A stretch of DNA of 64,000 nt, from positions 5,582 through 69,581 of the forward strand of contig CADAFS010000004.1 in NCBI GenBank assembly GCA_902787305.1, in the 5' to 3' direction. The position numbers were made by a program, and so were the translations under genes. Positions 44,803 through 54,944 of this stretch are shown here, one piece after another. A model generated the notes under the pieces. It did no database searches. It was not told where the DNA came from and was given only the letters and a program-made list of their open reading frames with translations. How positions within the stretch are numbered: position 1 is the first letter of the stretch; every line of letters starts with the position of its first letter. This DNA comes from an uncultured Pseudomonadota bacterium (lineage in GTDB: Bacteria; Pseudomonadota; Alphaproteobacteria; Rs-D84).

Positions 44803-47322
44803 ATGAAGTTTTTAACGTCGAGAGTTGTTGTATCTGCGATAGCGTCGTTTATTGCGTTTGCAATTGTGCCCGCGATTGCCACCACGCCAGAGGCCGATTT
44901 CAAAACTGTGACGTCCAAGGCATATGTTGATTCATTGATATCCAATAATGATATTTCGGGTCACAAGGTTAATGGCGCGCCATTATCAAATGCGGCATCA
45001 TACTTTTATGGCGAAGGTGTTGGTGCGGCGGACACGGCAACCAAGACGGTTAGCATACCGTCAATAACCGGCACGCCCGCGGTTGGTCAGGTCATTGTTG
45101 TCAAGCCGGCAACAACGAATACCGCATCAACGATGAAGATAAATTTAAACAACACGACGGCATACAGCGTTTTGTATAGGGGCAGTTCTAGCAATATCCC
45201 AAAGGATGTTTGGACGGCATATGTTCCGTCGATATTCGTTTTGGATGTGTCCAGTGGAACAAAATATTGGCGTTATGTCGGGACATCACCGGTGGCGATG
45301 ACATGGTCTGCAACCGAAACTGCCGCGGCCAATGCGTACAGTACTACATTTGACGGCACGACCGGAAATTGGCCGGTGGCGGATGAAAATAAATACGTCA
45401 AGGGTGATTCATTTGCCCAAGGTCTTGCATTGAAACAAAATAAGTTGCCTGCAAAATCCACCGGGAATGCGGCCCCAAAAGGAAATCAGGCCGTTGTATT
45501 GAATACCGCTGGGAATCCATCAAATGTTTACACGACCGCGGGTAAAGATTTGGCGTTAACCGCAAAATCCGGTGCGCAAAAAGTTATGAACTATATTGAT
45601 GGGACAACGGCATCCGCCACGTTTGCAACCAGTCAAGGCCTTACCGAAGCACTGGTTAAATCCGCACTTGTTTCATTGGAACTGCTGAAAGATGTGTATA
45701 GTGAACTGAATTCTAAAATTACGAACAATGCCCTGCCGACGGGGACGGCCGGTACGGTTGTGACATATAACGGAACCAATCCACAAACCGGTGTCCAACA
45801 ATTTACCGAAACCGCTATTGTGGATGCACCGGTATATACAAACGGGGATTTAACAAATGGGGATTCTTTGCCGTCGGTTGAATATGTCGAAGATGCGCTT
45901 GCCACAAAGCAGCCGATAATTCAACCGTCAACCGTTAATGGCAAAACACAAATTGTGGTAAAACCGGCATATGGTGGAACCGCCGGCAATATTGGGTATT
46001 TAACATTGGATACGGCAAGTTTGACAAGTAATAATAGTTATGTTCCGTCTTCAAAATTGGTTGCGGATAGTTTGTTGTCGAAAATGGATAAAAGGGACGC
46101 GTGGTCCGTGGACCAGGCTACAGGTGAGCTTTATAATGATTCAAATGGTGCGCTAACATCTGTATCGTATTTATACCAGGTCCCTGGAATGGCGGATTCT
46201 GGGACGCGGTGGGCAAAAGATGCGATGATCTATTGGGGCGACGAAAAAATTGTTCCGACGATGGATACGTTGGCGGTGTCGCTTACTGGGGTTTTTGACG
46301 CGCTTGATAAACGTATCCAAAATTACCCAGAGGCCAGTGATTATATTAGAGGCCAATCTGTCAAAAGTCCAAGCCAAATTGAATATACCTATGCGCCAAC
46401 ACTTACCGATGGGGCACAGTTGTTTTGGTTGCCATCTCTTGCAAAGGCGGGGGATGAAAAAGCGGATTTTTTACTGGGTGTGTACCAAAAAGAAAAAATC
46501 GTTCCGACCATGGATGAATTGGCGCATGCATTGGATGGTGTTTTGCAAACCCATGAAACCACCAGAGAATGGCAAGCTGTCTTACCTTATTACGGTCTTC
46601 GTGAAATGTCTCTTTTTGAACTTGCAGATATGATTAATATCTCTAACGCTAATGCTATATTACTTAATAGAAGTGGTTATTTGCAAACATTTGCCCCAAC
46701 ATTAGAGGCATTGATGAACGAATCATATGGGTTATACCGATTGATAGATACAAAACAAAATAAATTATCCGGTACCAATGGCGCCCTGGTCACGTATGGT
46801 GCGACCGCGGGTCAAACCGGTTCCAAAGCGATTGCAACCAGTATAAGTAATAATGCCAATACGATACCAAATACGGCGGCGGTTTACAATGCTGTAAATG
46901 CGCGACAAAATGTAATCCCGGTTGCCGGTAAATATCGTTCATCAAACACTATAACAACCGACACAGACATATCTGATTGGACCGCTACAAATATCAAGGG
47001 AACTGCACTGGTGACCAAACCAACGTCGGCAAACGGTGTTGTTGGCGAACGCAAGATTTTCGAAGCCGGCGATACATATACAAACGATGCCGCAACAAAT
47101 ATACAAATCGCGACGATAGGCGCGGTTATGGAAAACATAGAAAACACGGTCACAAAAAGATGCGTCGGATATAAACCCGGTACAAGTGTTCAAAATGCCG
47201 AAAATTGTTGGCTTTGGGAATTTGTAGGCAATTCTGCAAGTTGCATCGCTACAGGTGGATCGTGTACGAATAATAGCGAATGTTGTTCGGGAACCTGTGG
47301 TGTCGGGGGGCAATGTAATTAA
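44803..47322 (+). CDS. KAYVD-family exported tail-fibre-like protein B with C-terminal six-Cys knot
   Basis: SD aaaggaaggg before ATG 44803. Signal peptide ...IVPAIATTPEA and KTVTSKAYVDS. Repeated xPxxxxVxxxL...KQ(D/N)K units, ALVSLELLKDVYS, neck CVGYKPGTSVQNAENCWLWEF and terminal CIATGGSCTNNSECCSGTCGVGGQCN. Confidence 0.8.
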   Translation: MKFLTSRVVVSAIASFIAFAIVPAIATTPEADFKTVTSKAYVDSLISNNDISGHKVNGAPLSNAASYFYGEGVGAADTATKTVSIPSITGTPAVGQVIVVKPATTNTASTMKINLNNTTAYSVLYRGSSSNIPKDVWTAYVPSIFVLDVSSGTKYWRYVGTSPVAMTWSATETAAANAYSTTFDGTTGNWPVADENKYVKGDSFAQGLALKQNKLPAKSTGNAAPKGNQAVVLNTAGNPSNVYTTAGKDLALTAKSGAQKVMNYIDGTTASATFATSQGLTEALVKSALVSLELLKDVYSELNSKITNNALPTGTAGTVVTYNGTNPQTGVQQFTETAIVDAPVYTNGDLTNGDSLPSVEYVEDALATKQPIIQPSTVNGKTQIVVKPAYGGTAGNIGYLTLDTASLTSNNSYVPSSKLVADSLLSKMDKRDAWSVDQATGELYNDSNGALTSVSYLYQVPGMADSGTRWAKDAMIYWGDEKIVPTMDTLAVSLTGVFDALDKRIQNYPEASDYIRGQSVKSPSQIEYTYAPTLTDGAQLFWLPSLAKAGDEKADFLLGVYQKEKIVPTMDELAHALDGVLQTHETTREWQAVLPYYGLREMSLFELADMINISNANAILLNRSGYLQTFAPTLEALMNESYGLYRLIDTKQNKLSGTNGALVTYGATAGQTGSKAIATSISNNANTIPNTAAVYNAVNARQNVIPVAGKYRSSNTITTDTDISDWTATNIKGTALVTKPTSANGVVGERKIFEAGDTYTNDAATNIQIATIGAVMENIENTVTKRCVGYKPGTSVQNAENCWLWEFVGNSASCIATGGSCTNNSECCSGTCGVGGQCN

Positions 47323-47499
47323 AGATATATTGGTTGCAAGTTCAAAAAAATTAGATTAGGGGTATTGACCCGATTTTCCGCTTGCAAAAATGTGCTAAAA
47401 AAATTATAATATTTGCGCTTGATTTTTCGTGATTTTGTTGCTAACCTATCGCGGAATATCGGAATGCTTTCGGACCAAAGTGGCGTATTTCGGGCACAA

Positions 47500-47573
47500 A
47501 GGGGCATGGTTCAATGGTAGAACATCGGTCTCCAAAACCGCGGATGAGGGTTCGATTCCTTCTGCCCCTGCCA
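47500..47573 (+). tRNA. tRNA-Trp (CCA)
   Basis: Acceptor AGGGGCA/TGCCCCT, anticodon loop CTCCAAA, T-loop TTCGATT; classic position upstream of secE-nusG. Confidence 0.9.
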
Positions 47574-47624
47574 TAAAAAATGTGGGTGGACATTGCGATA
47601 AAACAAAGGGTACTGGTGCGTCTT

Positions 47625-47804
47625 ATGAAAAAAATAATGGAATTTATACGTGGGGTGCGGGCCGAATGGTTCAAAATTACATGGCCAACCCGGGCGGATG
47701 TCGTGCGTGCAACAATCATGATTATTGTGTTTTCTGCACTTGCGGCGTTATTCTTTTTTGTGGTGGACAGTATCTTAAACGCACTGGTTGGGTGGATTTT
47801 CTAA
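47625..47804 (+). CDS. secE: preprotein translocase subunit SecE
   Basis: MKKIMEFIRGVRAEWFKITWPTR... followed by a single TM; position tRNA-Trp-secE-nusG. Confidence 0.85.
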   Translation: MKKIMEFIRGVRAEWFKITWPTRADVVRATIMIIVFSALAALFFFVVDSILNALVGWIF

Positions 47805-47829
47805 AACGATTTGCCAAGGGGAATGCATA

Positions 47830-48363
47830 ATGGATGATAAAATGCAATGGTTTGTTGTAAATGTTCATACGGGCTGTGAAGACAAGGTCGCACGCAGTAT
47901 GCGCGAACAGATTGATAAACGCCGCCTTAATGCGTATTTTGGCGAAATTATGGTACCAACGCGCGAAATTACCGAAATCAAGGGCGGTAAACGGGTCAAG
48001 GTTGATAAAAAATTCTTTCCGGGCTATATCGTTGTGCAAATGATTATGAACAACGAAACCTTTTCGTTGGTGAAGTTGTTGCCACATGTAATTATGTTTC
48101 TGGGGGCGCGGCAAAAACCAATCGCGGTTAGTGAAGAAGAGGCGCGTCGCCTTATTAAACAGGTAGAAGAGGGCAGCACCGTTCCCGATGACATCACATA
48201 CGATGTCGGCCAAGAAGTCCATGTTATCGATGGGCCTTTTGCGAACTTTAACGGTGTTATATCCGAAGTTGACAATGTAAAACAAAAAATGACCGTGAAC
48301 ATTTTGGTCTTTGGCCGCGAAACAAGTGTTGCGCTTGATTTCGAACAGGTCGAACGGGTTTAA
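47830..48363 (+). CDS. nusG: transcription termination/antitermination factor NusG
   Basis: NGN domain WFVVNVHTGCE and KOW motif GQEVHVIDGPFANFNGVISEV. Confidence 0.9.
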   Translation: MDDKMQWFVVNVHTGCEDKVARSMREQIDKRRLNAYFGEIMVPTREITEIKGGKRVKVDKKFFPGYIVVQMIMNNETFSLVKLLPHVIMFLGARQKPIAVSEEEARRLIKQVEEGSTVPDDITYDVGQEVHVIDGPFANFNGVISEVDNVKQKMTVNILVFGRETSVALDFEQVERV

Positions 48364-48466
48364 CCGATTTTGTAAAATCGGCGGGCGTGTGCAAGGCGCG
48401 CAAAAAAACAAATCGTGGTGGATGCGCCACATCGAACCACGAATCCAAAAACAAAAAGGATGAAAA

Positions 48467-48898
48467 ATGGCAAAAAAAGAACTAAAGGGGATTGTTAAAC
48501 TGGTTGTCCCCGCAAAACAGGCAAATCCTGCGCCACCAATCGGGCCGGCGTTGGGTGCGGCGGGTGTGAATATCGCCGAATTCTGCAAACAATTTAACGA
48601 CAAAACGTCTGACAAAGAACCGGGTATGCCGATTCCGTGCATTATTACCGTCTATACGGACCGCAGTTTCGAATTCATTATGAAATTGCCGCCGGTTTCG
48701 TATTATATTAAAAAGGCGTTGAAATTGAAAATCGGTTCTCATAAACCGGGTCGTGATTTCGTTGGCACCATTACCAAGGCGCAAATCAAAGAAATCGCGG
48801 AAAACAAAATGCCGGATTTGAATTGCTCTACCATTGAATCTGCGATGAATATCGTTGCGGGTCAGTGCCGTTCAATGGGCGTCAAGGTGGAGGATTAA
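48467..48898 (+). CDS. rplK: 50S ribosomal protein L11
   Basis: [20 protein letters not shown] signature. Confidence 0.95.
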   Translation: MAKKELKGIVKLVVPAKQANPAPPIGPALGAAGVNIAEFCKQFNDKTSDKEPGMPIPCIITVYTDRSFEFIMKLPPVSYYIKKALKLKIGSHKPGRDFVGTITKAQIKEIAENKMPDLNCSTIESAMNIVAGQCRSMGVKVED

Positions 48899-48901
48899 AC
48901 C

Positions 48902-49576
48902 ATGAGAATTACAAAAAGACAAAAAACGTGGGCTGAATTGGATACTGCAAAGGCGTATTCTTTTGCCGATGCAATTGAAGCGTTGCGTCCATATTGTTCG
49001 AAAAAGTTCGATGAAAGTTTGGAAATCGCCGTGCGTTTGGCCATTGATGTGACCAAGGCCGACCAAAATATCCGTGGTATGTTGTCATTGCCAAATGGTA
49101 CGGGTAAAAAGGTGCGTGTTGCTGTTTTCACAAATGATAAGCAAGATGATGCGAAAAAGGCGGGTGCCGATGTCATTGGTGGCGAAGATTTGATTGAAAA
49201 AGTTGCCGCCGGTGAAATCAATTTCGATCGTGTTATCGCAACACCGGAAATGATGCCGAAAATGTCAAAGGTCGCGCGTGTCTTGGGTCCCAAGGGTTTG
49301 ATGCCCAATCCTAAACTTGGAACGGTGACGAATGATGTCGCAACGGCGGTGGCGAATGCCAAGGCCGGGCAAATCGAATATCGTGCCGAAAAGAATGGCA
49401 TTATCCACGCTGGGCTTGGCAAAATGTCGTTTGCAACCGATAAATTGGTCGAAAACGCAAATGCGTTGGTTGAACAATTGAAAAAGGTTAAACCGGCATC
49501 GGTCAAGGGTCAATATATTGTTGGAATTGCGGTTTCAACAACCCAAGGTCCGGGCCTGCATATCGATGCAAAGTAA
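48902..49576 (+). CDS. rplA: 50S ribosomal protein L1
   Basis: Position and conserved DVTKADQNIRG...LPNGTGK. Confidence 0.95.
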   Translation: MRITKRQKTWAELDTAKAYSFADAIEALRPYCSKKFDESLEIAVRLAIDVTKADQNIRGMLSLPNGTGKKVRVAVFTNDKQDDAKKAGADVIGGEDLIEKVAAGEINFDRVIATPEMMPKMSKVARVLGPKGLMPNPKLGTVTNDVATAVANAKAGQIEYRAEKNGIIHAGLGKMSFATDKLVENANALVEQLKKVKPASVKGQYIVGIAVSTTQGPGLHIDAK

Positions 49577-49776
49577 TTATTGCGGTTTGGTGCGAATGCA
49601 TCATGCCGCAAACAAAGATTTCTGTCCAAGACTGATGGTGCGGTGACGCTTAATTCCCATCATAGACAAAGAAAATTTCTTTGGGACAGGAAGTGGTCCC
49701 ATCCCGGGGAAACCCGGATGGAAAGTTGAATTGGTTCGTGCGATTTTCAATCGAACCAGAAGTAAGGGTAAGAAAG
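49577..49776 (+). promoter_or_regulatory. rplJL leader (expected L10-L12 autoregulatory region)
   Basis: 200-nt untranslated gap before rplJ. Its role is inferred from the conserved operon architecture; the structure was not folded. Confidence 0.35.
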
Positions 49777-50256
49777 ATGAAACGCGAAGAAAAGTCAAAC
49801 TTGATTTCTGCGTTGCAATCGTCCTTAGGGCAGGCGAACGGCGTTTTCGTCGTCGAAAATCATGGCCTTAGTGTTCGGGAATTCGAAGGGTTGCGTAATG
49901 AATTACGTCCACTTGTTTCCGTGTTCAAGGTTGTGAAAAATCGCCTTATGAAATTGGCGTTGAAAGATACCGATTTCGAACCCGTATCCGAACTTATGAA
50001 ACGTCCGACCGCCGTTGCCGTTGCAACCGACGGATTGGCCGTGACCAAGGTTTTGGTTAAATTCGCCGAAGAACATCCAAACCTTACCATCGTTGGTGGT
50101 AAAATGGATGCCGGCGTTTTGGGTGTGGACGATATTGTGCAATTATCCAAGCTTCCGTCGCTGCTTGAAATTCGTGGCACGATTGCGCGTATCTTGGTTG
50201 AACCGGGGTCGCGCCTTGCACGCGTTTCCGCAGAGTATGGAAAAAAGAATCAATAA
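49777..50256 (+). CDS. rplJ: 50S ribosomal protein L10
   Basis: Start at ATG 49777 (MKREEKSNLISAL); position. Confidence 0.9.
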   Translation: MKREEKSNLISALQSSLGQANGVFVVENHGLSVREFEGLRNELRPLVSVFKVVKNRLMKLALKDTDFEPVSELMKRPTAVAVATDGLAVTKVLVKFAEEHPNLTIVGGKMDAGVLGVDDIVQLSKLPSLLEIRGTIARILVEPGSRLARVSAEYGKKNQ

Positions 50257-50300
50257 TTATTGGAATAACTTTCCAGTAAGAAATCTTAAGGAGCAAAAAA

Positions 50301-50669
50301 ATGGCAGACATTCAAAAATTAGTTGAAGAATTGTCAAAATTGACCGTTTTGGAAGCCGTAGAACTTTCCAAAGCGTTGGAAGAAACATGGGGCGTTAGTG
50401 CCGCCGCCGCGGTCGCAGTTGCCGCAGGTCCGGCCGCCGGCCCAGCCGCCGAAGAAAAATCTGAATTCGACGTTGTTTTGACCGATGTCGGTGCAAACAA
50501 ATTGGCGGTTATCAAGGCCGTGAAAGAAATCACGGGTCTTGGACTTGGCGATGCCAAGGCATTGGTTGAATCTGCACCAAAGACGGTGAAAGAAGCCGTT
50601 GCCAAAGACGAAGCCGAAAAGATGAAAGCTTCGATAGAGGCCGCAGGTGCCAAGGTTGAATTGAAATAA
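50301..50669 (+). CDS. rplL: 50S ribosomal protein L7/L12
   Basis: Ala/Pro hinge and the C-terminal block [20 protein letters not shown]...[10 protein letters not shown]. Confidence 0.95.
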   Translation: MADIQKLVEELSKLTVLEAVELSKALEETWGVSAAAAVAVAAGPAAGPAAEEKSEFDVVLTDVGANKLAVIKAVKEITGLGLGDAKALVESAPKTVKEAVAKDEAEKMKASIEAAGAKVELK

Positions 50670-50806
50670 TTTGACCCCGAACCAAATGGTTCAAAAAAAC
50701 AGTGTCCATGCCCGCACGGATAAAAATGTCTGTGCGGGCGATGGGCGAAAAAAGGTATATGTAATAGTTTCGTTTGCAAGATGCACAAAAAAAAGGATTG
50801 AAACCC

Positions 50807-53800
50807 ATGGCAGTTATCCAAAAATTAAGAAAATCTTTTGGTAAAAGTTTTTTGCAAACTCCGCTTCCTGATTTGATAGAAATTCAATACAATTCCTATA
50901 AAGAGTTTTTGCAGGGCGATGTCGCACCCCAAAATCGCAAGAACAAAGGGTTGCAAAGTGTATTTACTTCTATGTTCCCAATCAAGGATTATGCGGGGGC
51001 CGCCGAATTGGAATTCGTGGAATACAATTTGGAAAAACCGGCATATAACGTCAAAGAATGCCTTGCGCGGAAAATGACGTATTCAAGCAAGTTAAAACTG
51101 AAATTAAAACTGATTTTGTGGGATGTCGCCGAAGACGGAAAAAAGTCTTTGCGTGATATCAAAGAACAAGAAATATTCATGGGCGAAGTGCCACTTATGA
51201 CCGAACGGGGCAGTTTTATTGCGTCCGGTGTCGAACGTGTCATCGTTTCGCAAATGCATCGCGCCCAAGGTGTCGTTTTTGCCACCACCAAAGAGGCCAA
51301 AGTCGCGGGCAATCCTATTACATATACCGCGCGCATAATTCCGGAACACGGGTCTTGGATTGATTTCGAAGAATCCAAGGGCATAATTTATGTTCGTATC
51401 GACCGTCGTCGTAAAGTTCCGGCAACGGTTTTGTTGCGTTGCCTGCCGTGTGCCGAAGACGAAAAGAAATGGATTGCCGAACCGCGCAAACCAACAATTC
51501 GTGGAATGTCGGATACCGAAATTTTGTCGGTGTTCTATAAACGTATCGCACTTAAAAACAATGGTAAATTGTGGGTTGGTGACACATCCGTGTTCGAAGG
51601 TTTGGATAAATATCGTTTAAATTACGATTTGATAAACCCCAAGGATAAAAAAGAATTGGCGGCCAAGGGTGATCGTTTGAACGCAAAGCGCCTAGGCAAG
51701 ATTATGACCGCATCAAAACAATTCGGTATTTTGCCGGATGCGTTGGTGGGCGAATATTTGTTTGACCCGATTACATCGGCGGGCGAAGTGATTTACCCGT
51801 CGGGTACCGAAATCACCGAAGAAGTTTTGGCAGATATTGAAAAATTGGGTGTCAAAGAAATATCGCTTATTTCGATTGATAACACGACAATAACCGCGCA
51901 TATGCGCAATACACTTGTTGCGGATAAAACCGCAAATCGTGAAGATGCGTTGATTGAAATTTATAACATCATCCGTCCGGGCGAACGCCCAACGTTAGAG
52001 GCGGCAATCAACCTGTTCATGCGCCAAGGTTTCGAACCGGCATACTATGACCTTTCGGCGGTTGGTCGTTTCAAAATGAACAAACGTTTGAAAATCGATT
52101 CCGGCAAAAAGCCCGAAGATGAACGTTTGCTTACCAAGAACGACTTCCTTGCGGTGTTGAAAACATTGACCAACATCATCGACCACAAAGATACAATTGA
52201 CGATATTGATAACCTTTCAAATCGTCGTGTTCGCACGGTTGGCGAATTGTTGGAACAAAATTTCCGTACCGGTATGGTTCGTATTGAACGCCTTGTCCGC
52301 GAAGCGTTATCTTCGCCGAACATTGCAACAATGCAACCCCAAGATGTCGTGAATGTCAATCCATTGATGTCATTGGTTGCAGAATTCCTTGGAACCAGCC
52401 AGTTGTCGCAATTTATGGATGCGTACAACCCACTTTCGGAATTGGAACACAAACGTCGTATATCGGCATTGGGGCCGGGCGGATTAAATCGTGAACGTGC
52501 AGGTATCGATGTCCGCGACGTCCATCCAACACACTATGGTCGTCTGTGTCCAATTAACACACCCGAAGGTGCAAACATTGGTTTGATAAACCACCTTGCG
52601 TCTTATGCACGGGTGAATCCATACGGATTTATCGAAACGCCGTATTATGTTGTCGAAAACAGCAAAATTACCGATAAAATGGTTTACCTTACCGCGGACG
52701 AAGAGTTGGGTCACAAAATCGCCCAGGGTAATACCCCAACAAATGACAAGGGCGTTTTAACCGAAGAAATGGTGACGGCGCGTGTTGATGGCGAATTTAC
52801 CCGTGTTCCACGTGATGAAATTGACCTGATTGACGTTGAACCGCGCCAGGTTGTGTCCATTTCAACCGGACTTATTCCGTTCGTTGAAAACGACGACGCA
52901 AACCGCGCGTTGATGGGTTCAAACATGCAGCGCCAGGCCGTACCATTGATGCGGGTGCAAACACCACTTGTTGGAACGGGCATTGAACGTGAGGTTGCAC
53001 GTGATTCCCGTACGGGCAAGGTTGCAAAACACAGTGGTATCGTTGAATCTGCGGACGCGAATCGTATCGTTGTGAAATGTATGAACAGCCGTAATGTTGT
53101 GACGGGTGTGGACATTTACAACCTTGAAAAATACGAACGTTCGAACAACGACACAATTTTACATCAAAAACCGTTGGTGCATGCGGGCGACCGTATATCT
53201 GCGGGCGACATCATCGCGGATGGTTCGTCAATGAACTATGGCGAATTGGCGTTGGGTCGCAACGTCTTGGTTGCATTTGTGCCATGGCGCGGATATAACT
53301 ATGAAGATTCTATTGTGATTTCGGAACGTATATCGCGTGATGACGTTTTCACATCTGTCAAAATTGTGGAAAAAGAAATCAAGGTTCGCGATACACAATT
53401 GGGACCTGAAAGTTTGACGCGTGATATTCCAAATGTTAGCGAAGAAGCGTTAAAGAATTTGGATGAATCCGGTATTATCTATATCGGTGCGCGCGTAAAA
53501 CAGGGTGATATTTTGGTTGGCCATGTGTCGCCGAAATCTGAAACATTGCTTACCCCCGAAGAAGCGTTGCTGCGCAACATCTTTGGTGAAAAGGCGTTAA
53601 ATGTCAAAGATACATCGCTGCGCGTTGGTCCGAACGAAGAAGGAACCGTTATCGGTGTGAATATCCTTACGCGTCACGGTGTTAAGAAAGACGAACGCAC
53701 CCAAATGATTGAATTGGAAAAAATCGCGAAAATTAATAAAGACCGCGATGAAGAAGTTCAAATCATGGAAAAAGGTTTCGCCGATCAAATCTTCCAAATT

Positions 53801-54943
53801 GCCGAAGGTCATACGATTGAATCAGGTACGGGCAGTTTGAAACCGTTTATCGGTAAAAAATTGAATCAGGAAGTATTCGATGCAATTAAACCGTCGGACT
53901 TTAAAAAGATGGTTATTTCTGATAAAGAGGCCCAGGCAAAAATCGAAGAAATTCGTGATGTGCACATATTGACACTGAAACAATTGAACGAAAATGCCGA
54001 TCGCGAAATCGAAAAGGCAACGGAAAGCAATTCACTGAATGCCGGTGTTTTGAAAGAGGTTAAGGTTTACATCGCGCACAAAATGAAATTGCAACCGGGC
54101 GATAAAATGGCGGGACGTCACGGGAACAAGGGTATCGTTTCACGCGTTGTTCCAATCGAAGATATGCCACATATGGAAGACGGAACACCGGTTGACCTTG
54201 TGTTGAATCCGCTTGGGGTGCCAAGTCGTATGAACTTTGGCCAGATTTTGGAAACACACCTTGGTATGGCGGCGCGTACACTTGGCGAACAAATCGGTGC
54301 TGTTTTGGATGCGGTTAAACAAAAACGTGCGGTGACGGACGATTTGCGCGCGGTCATGGGCAAGATTTACGGCAAAGACATGGCGGAAAAATTGGCCAAG
54401 ATGACCGATACTGATGTTCGTGCCAACGCCGCGTTGTTGCGTGACGGTGTGCCAATGGCAACCCCGACATTCGATGGTGCGAACGCCGAAGATATTCGTC
54501 GCATGTTGAAATTGGCGAATTTACCTGAAACAGGTCAGTTCACATTGTATGACGGTGTGACCGGTGAAAAGTTTGCACGTCCAGTGACCGTTGGTGTGAT
54601 GTATATGTTGAAATTGCACCACTTTGTGGACGAAAAGATTCACGCGCGTTCAACCGCAAGTTATTCACTTGTCACGCAACAGCCATTGTCCGGTAAGGCA
54701 CACATGGGTGGTCAGCGTTTGGGTGAAATGGAGGTTTGGGCACTTGAGGCACATGGTGCCGCGCACTTGCTGCGTGAAATGCTTACGGTAAAGTCGGACG
54801 ATATTGTTGGACGTAACAAGATGTATGAATCCATCATTTCCGGCAGTGACGATATCCAAGTCGGCACCCCAGAGGCATTTAACGTGTTCGTTCGCGAATT
54901 GCGTGGATTGGGTCTGGCAATGACGCCAAAGAAAATCGATTAA
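50807..54943 (+). CDS. rpoB: DNA-directed RNA polymerase subunit beta
   Basis: ATG 50807 with SD aagga. Conserved blocks include MAGRHGNKGIVSRV and GGQRLGEMEVWALEAHGAA. Confidence 0.97.
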   Translation: MAVIQKLRKSFGKSFLQTPLPDLIEIQYNSYKEFLQGDVAPQNRKNKGLQSVFTSMFPIKDYAGAAELEFVEYNLEKPAYNVKECLARKMTYSSKLKLKLKLILWDVAEDGKKSLRDIKEQEIFMGEVPLMTERGSFIASGVERVIVSQMHRAQGVVFATTKEAKVAGNPITYTARIIPEHGSWIDFEESKGIIYVRIDRRRKVPATVLLRCLPCAEDEKKWIAEPRKPTIRGMSDTEILSVFYKRIALKNNGKLWVGDTSVFEGLDKYRLNYDLINPKDKKELAAKGDRLNAKRLGKIMTASKQFGILPDALVGEYLFDPITSAGEVIYPSGTEITEEVLADIEKLGVKEISLISIDNTTITAHMRNTLVADKTANREDALIEIYNIIRPGERPTLEAAINLFMRQGFEPAYYDLSAVGRFKMNKRLKIDSGKKPEDERLLTKNDFLAVLKTLTNIIDHKDTIDDIDNLSNRRVRTVGELLEQNFRTGMVRIERLVREALSSPNIATMQPQDVVNVNPLMSLVAEFLGTSQLSQFMDAYNPLSELEHKRRISALGPGGLNRERAGIDVRDVHPTHYGRLCPINTPEGANIGLINHLASYARVNPYGFIETPYYVVENSKITDKMVYLTADEELGHKIAQGNTPTNDKGVLTEEMVTARVDGEFTRVPRDEIDLIDVEPRQVVSISTGLIPFVENDDANRALMGSNMQRQAVPLMRVQTPLVGTGIEREVARDSRTGKVAKHSGIVESADANRIVVKCMNSRNVVTGVDIYNLEKYERSNNDTILHQKPLVHAGDRISAGDIIADGSSMNYGELALGRNVLVAFVPWRGYNYEDSIVISERISRDDVFTSVKIVEKEIKVRDTQLGPESLTRDIPNVSEEALKNLDESGIIYIGARVKQGDILVGHVSPKSETLLTPEEALLRNIFGEKALNVKDTSLRVGPNEEGTVIGVNILTRHGVKKDERTQMIELEKIAKINKDRDEEVQIMEKGFADQIFQIAEGHTIESGTGSLKPFIGKKLNQEVFDAIKPSDFKKMVISDKEAQAKIEEIRDVHILTLKQLNENADREIEKATESNSLNAGVLKEVKVYIAHKMKLQPGDKMAGRHGNKGIVSRVVPIEDMPHMEDGTPVDLVLNPLGVPSRMNFGQILETHLGMAARTLGEQIGAVLDAVKQKRAVTDDLRAVMGKIYGKDMAEKLAKMTDTDVRANAALLRDGVPMATPTFDGANAEDIRRMLKLANLPETGQFTLYDGVTGEKFARPVTVGVMYMLKLHHFVDEKIHARSTASYSLVTQQPLSGKAHMGGQRLGEMEVWALEAHGAAHLLREMLTVKSDDIVGRNKMYESIISGSDDIQVGTPEAFNVFVRELRGLGLAMTPKKID

Positions 54944-54944
54944 A

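Noticed and set aside
45300-47160. Diversity-generating retroelement or phase-variation mechanism for fibre gene B
   Set aside because: There is no reverse transcriptase and no template-repeat copy in the window. Internal repeats (EKIVPTMD... twice) are diverged protein repeats. Only short homopolymers are present (G6 tracts upstream of 61656 and 25230 are part of SD regions).
44803-47322. Prophage interpretation of the tail-fibre-like genes
   Set aside because: No capsid, portal, terminase, tail tube, lysis or integrase genes flank any of the four loci. All four have signal peptides and their own promoters or SD sites.
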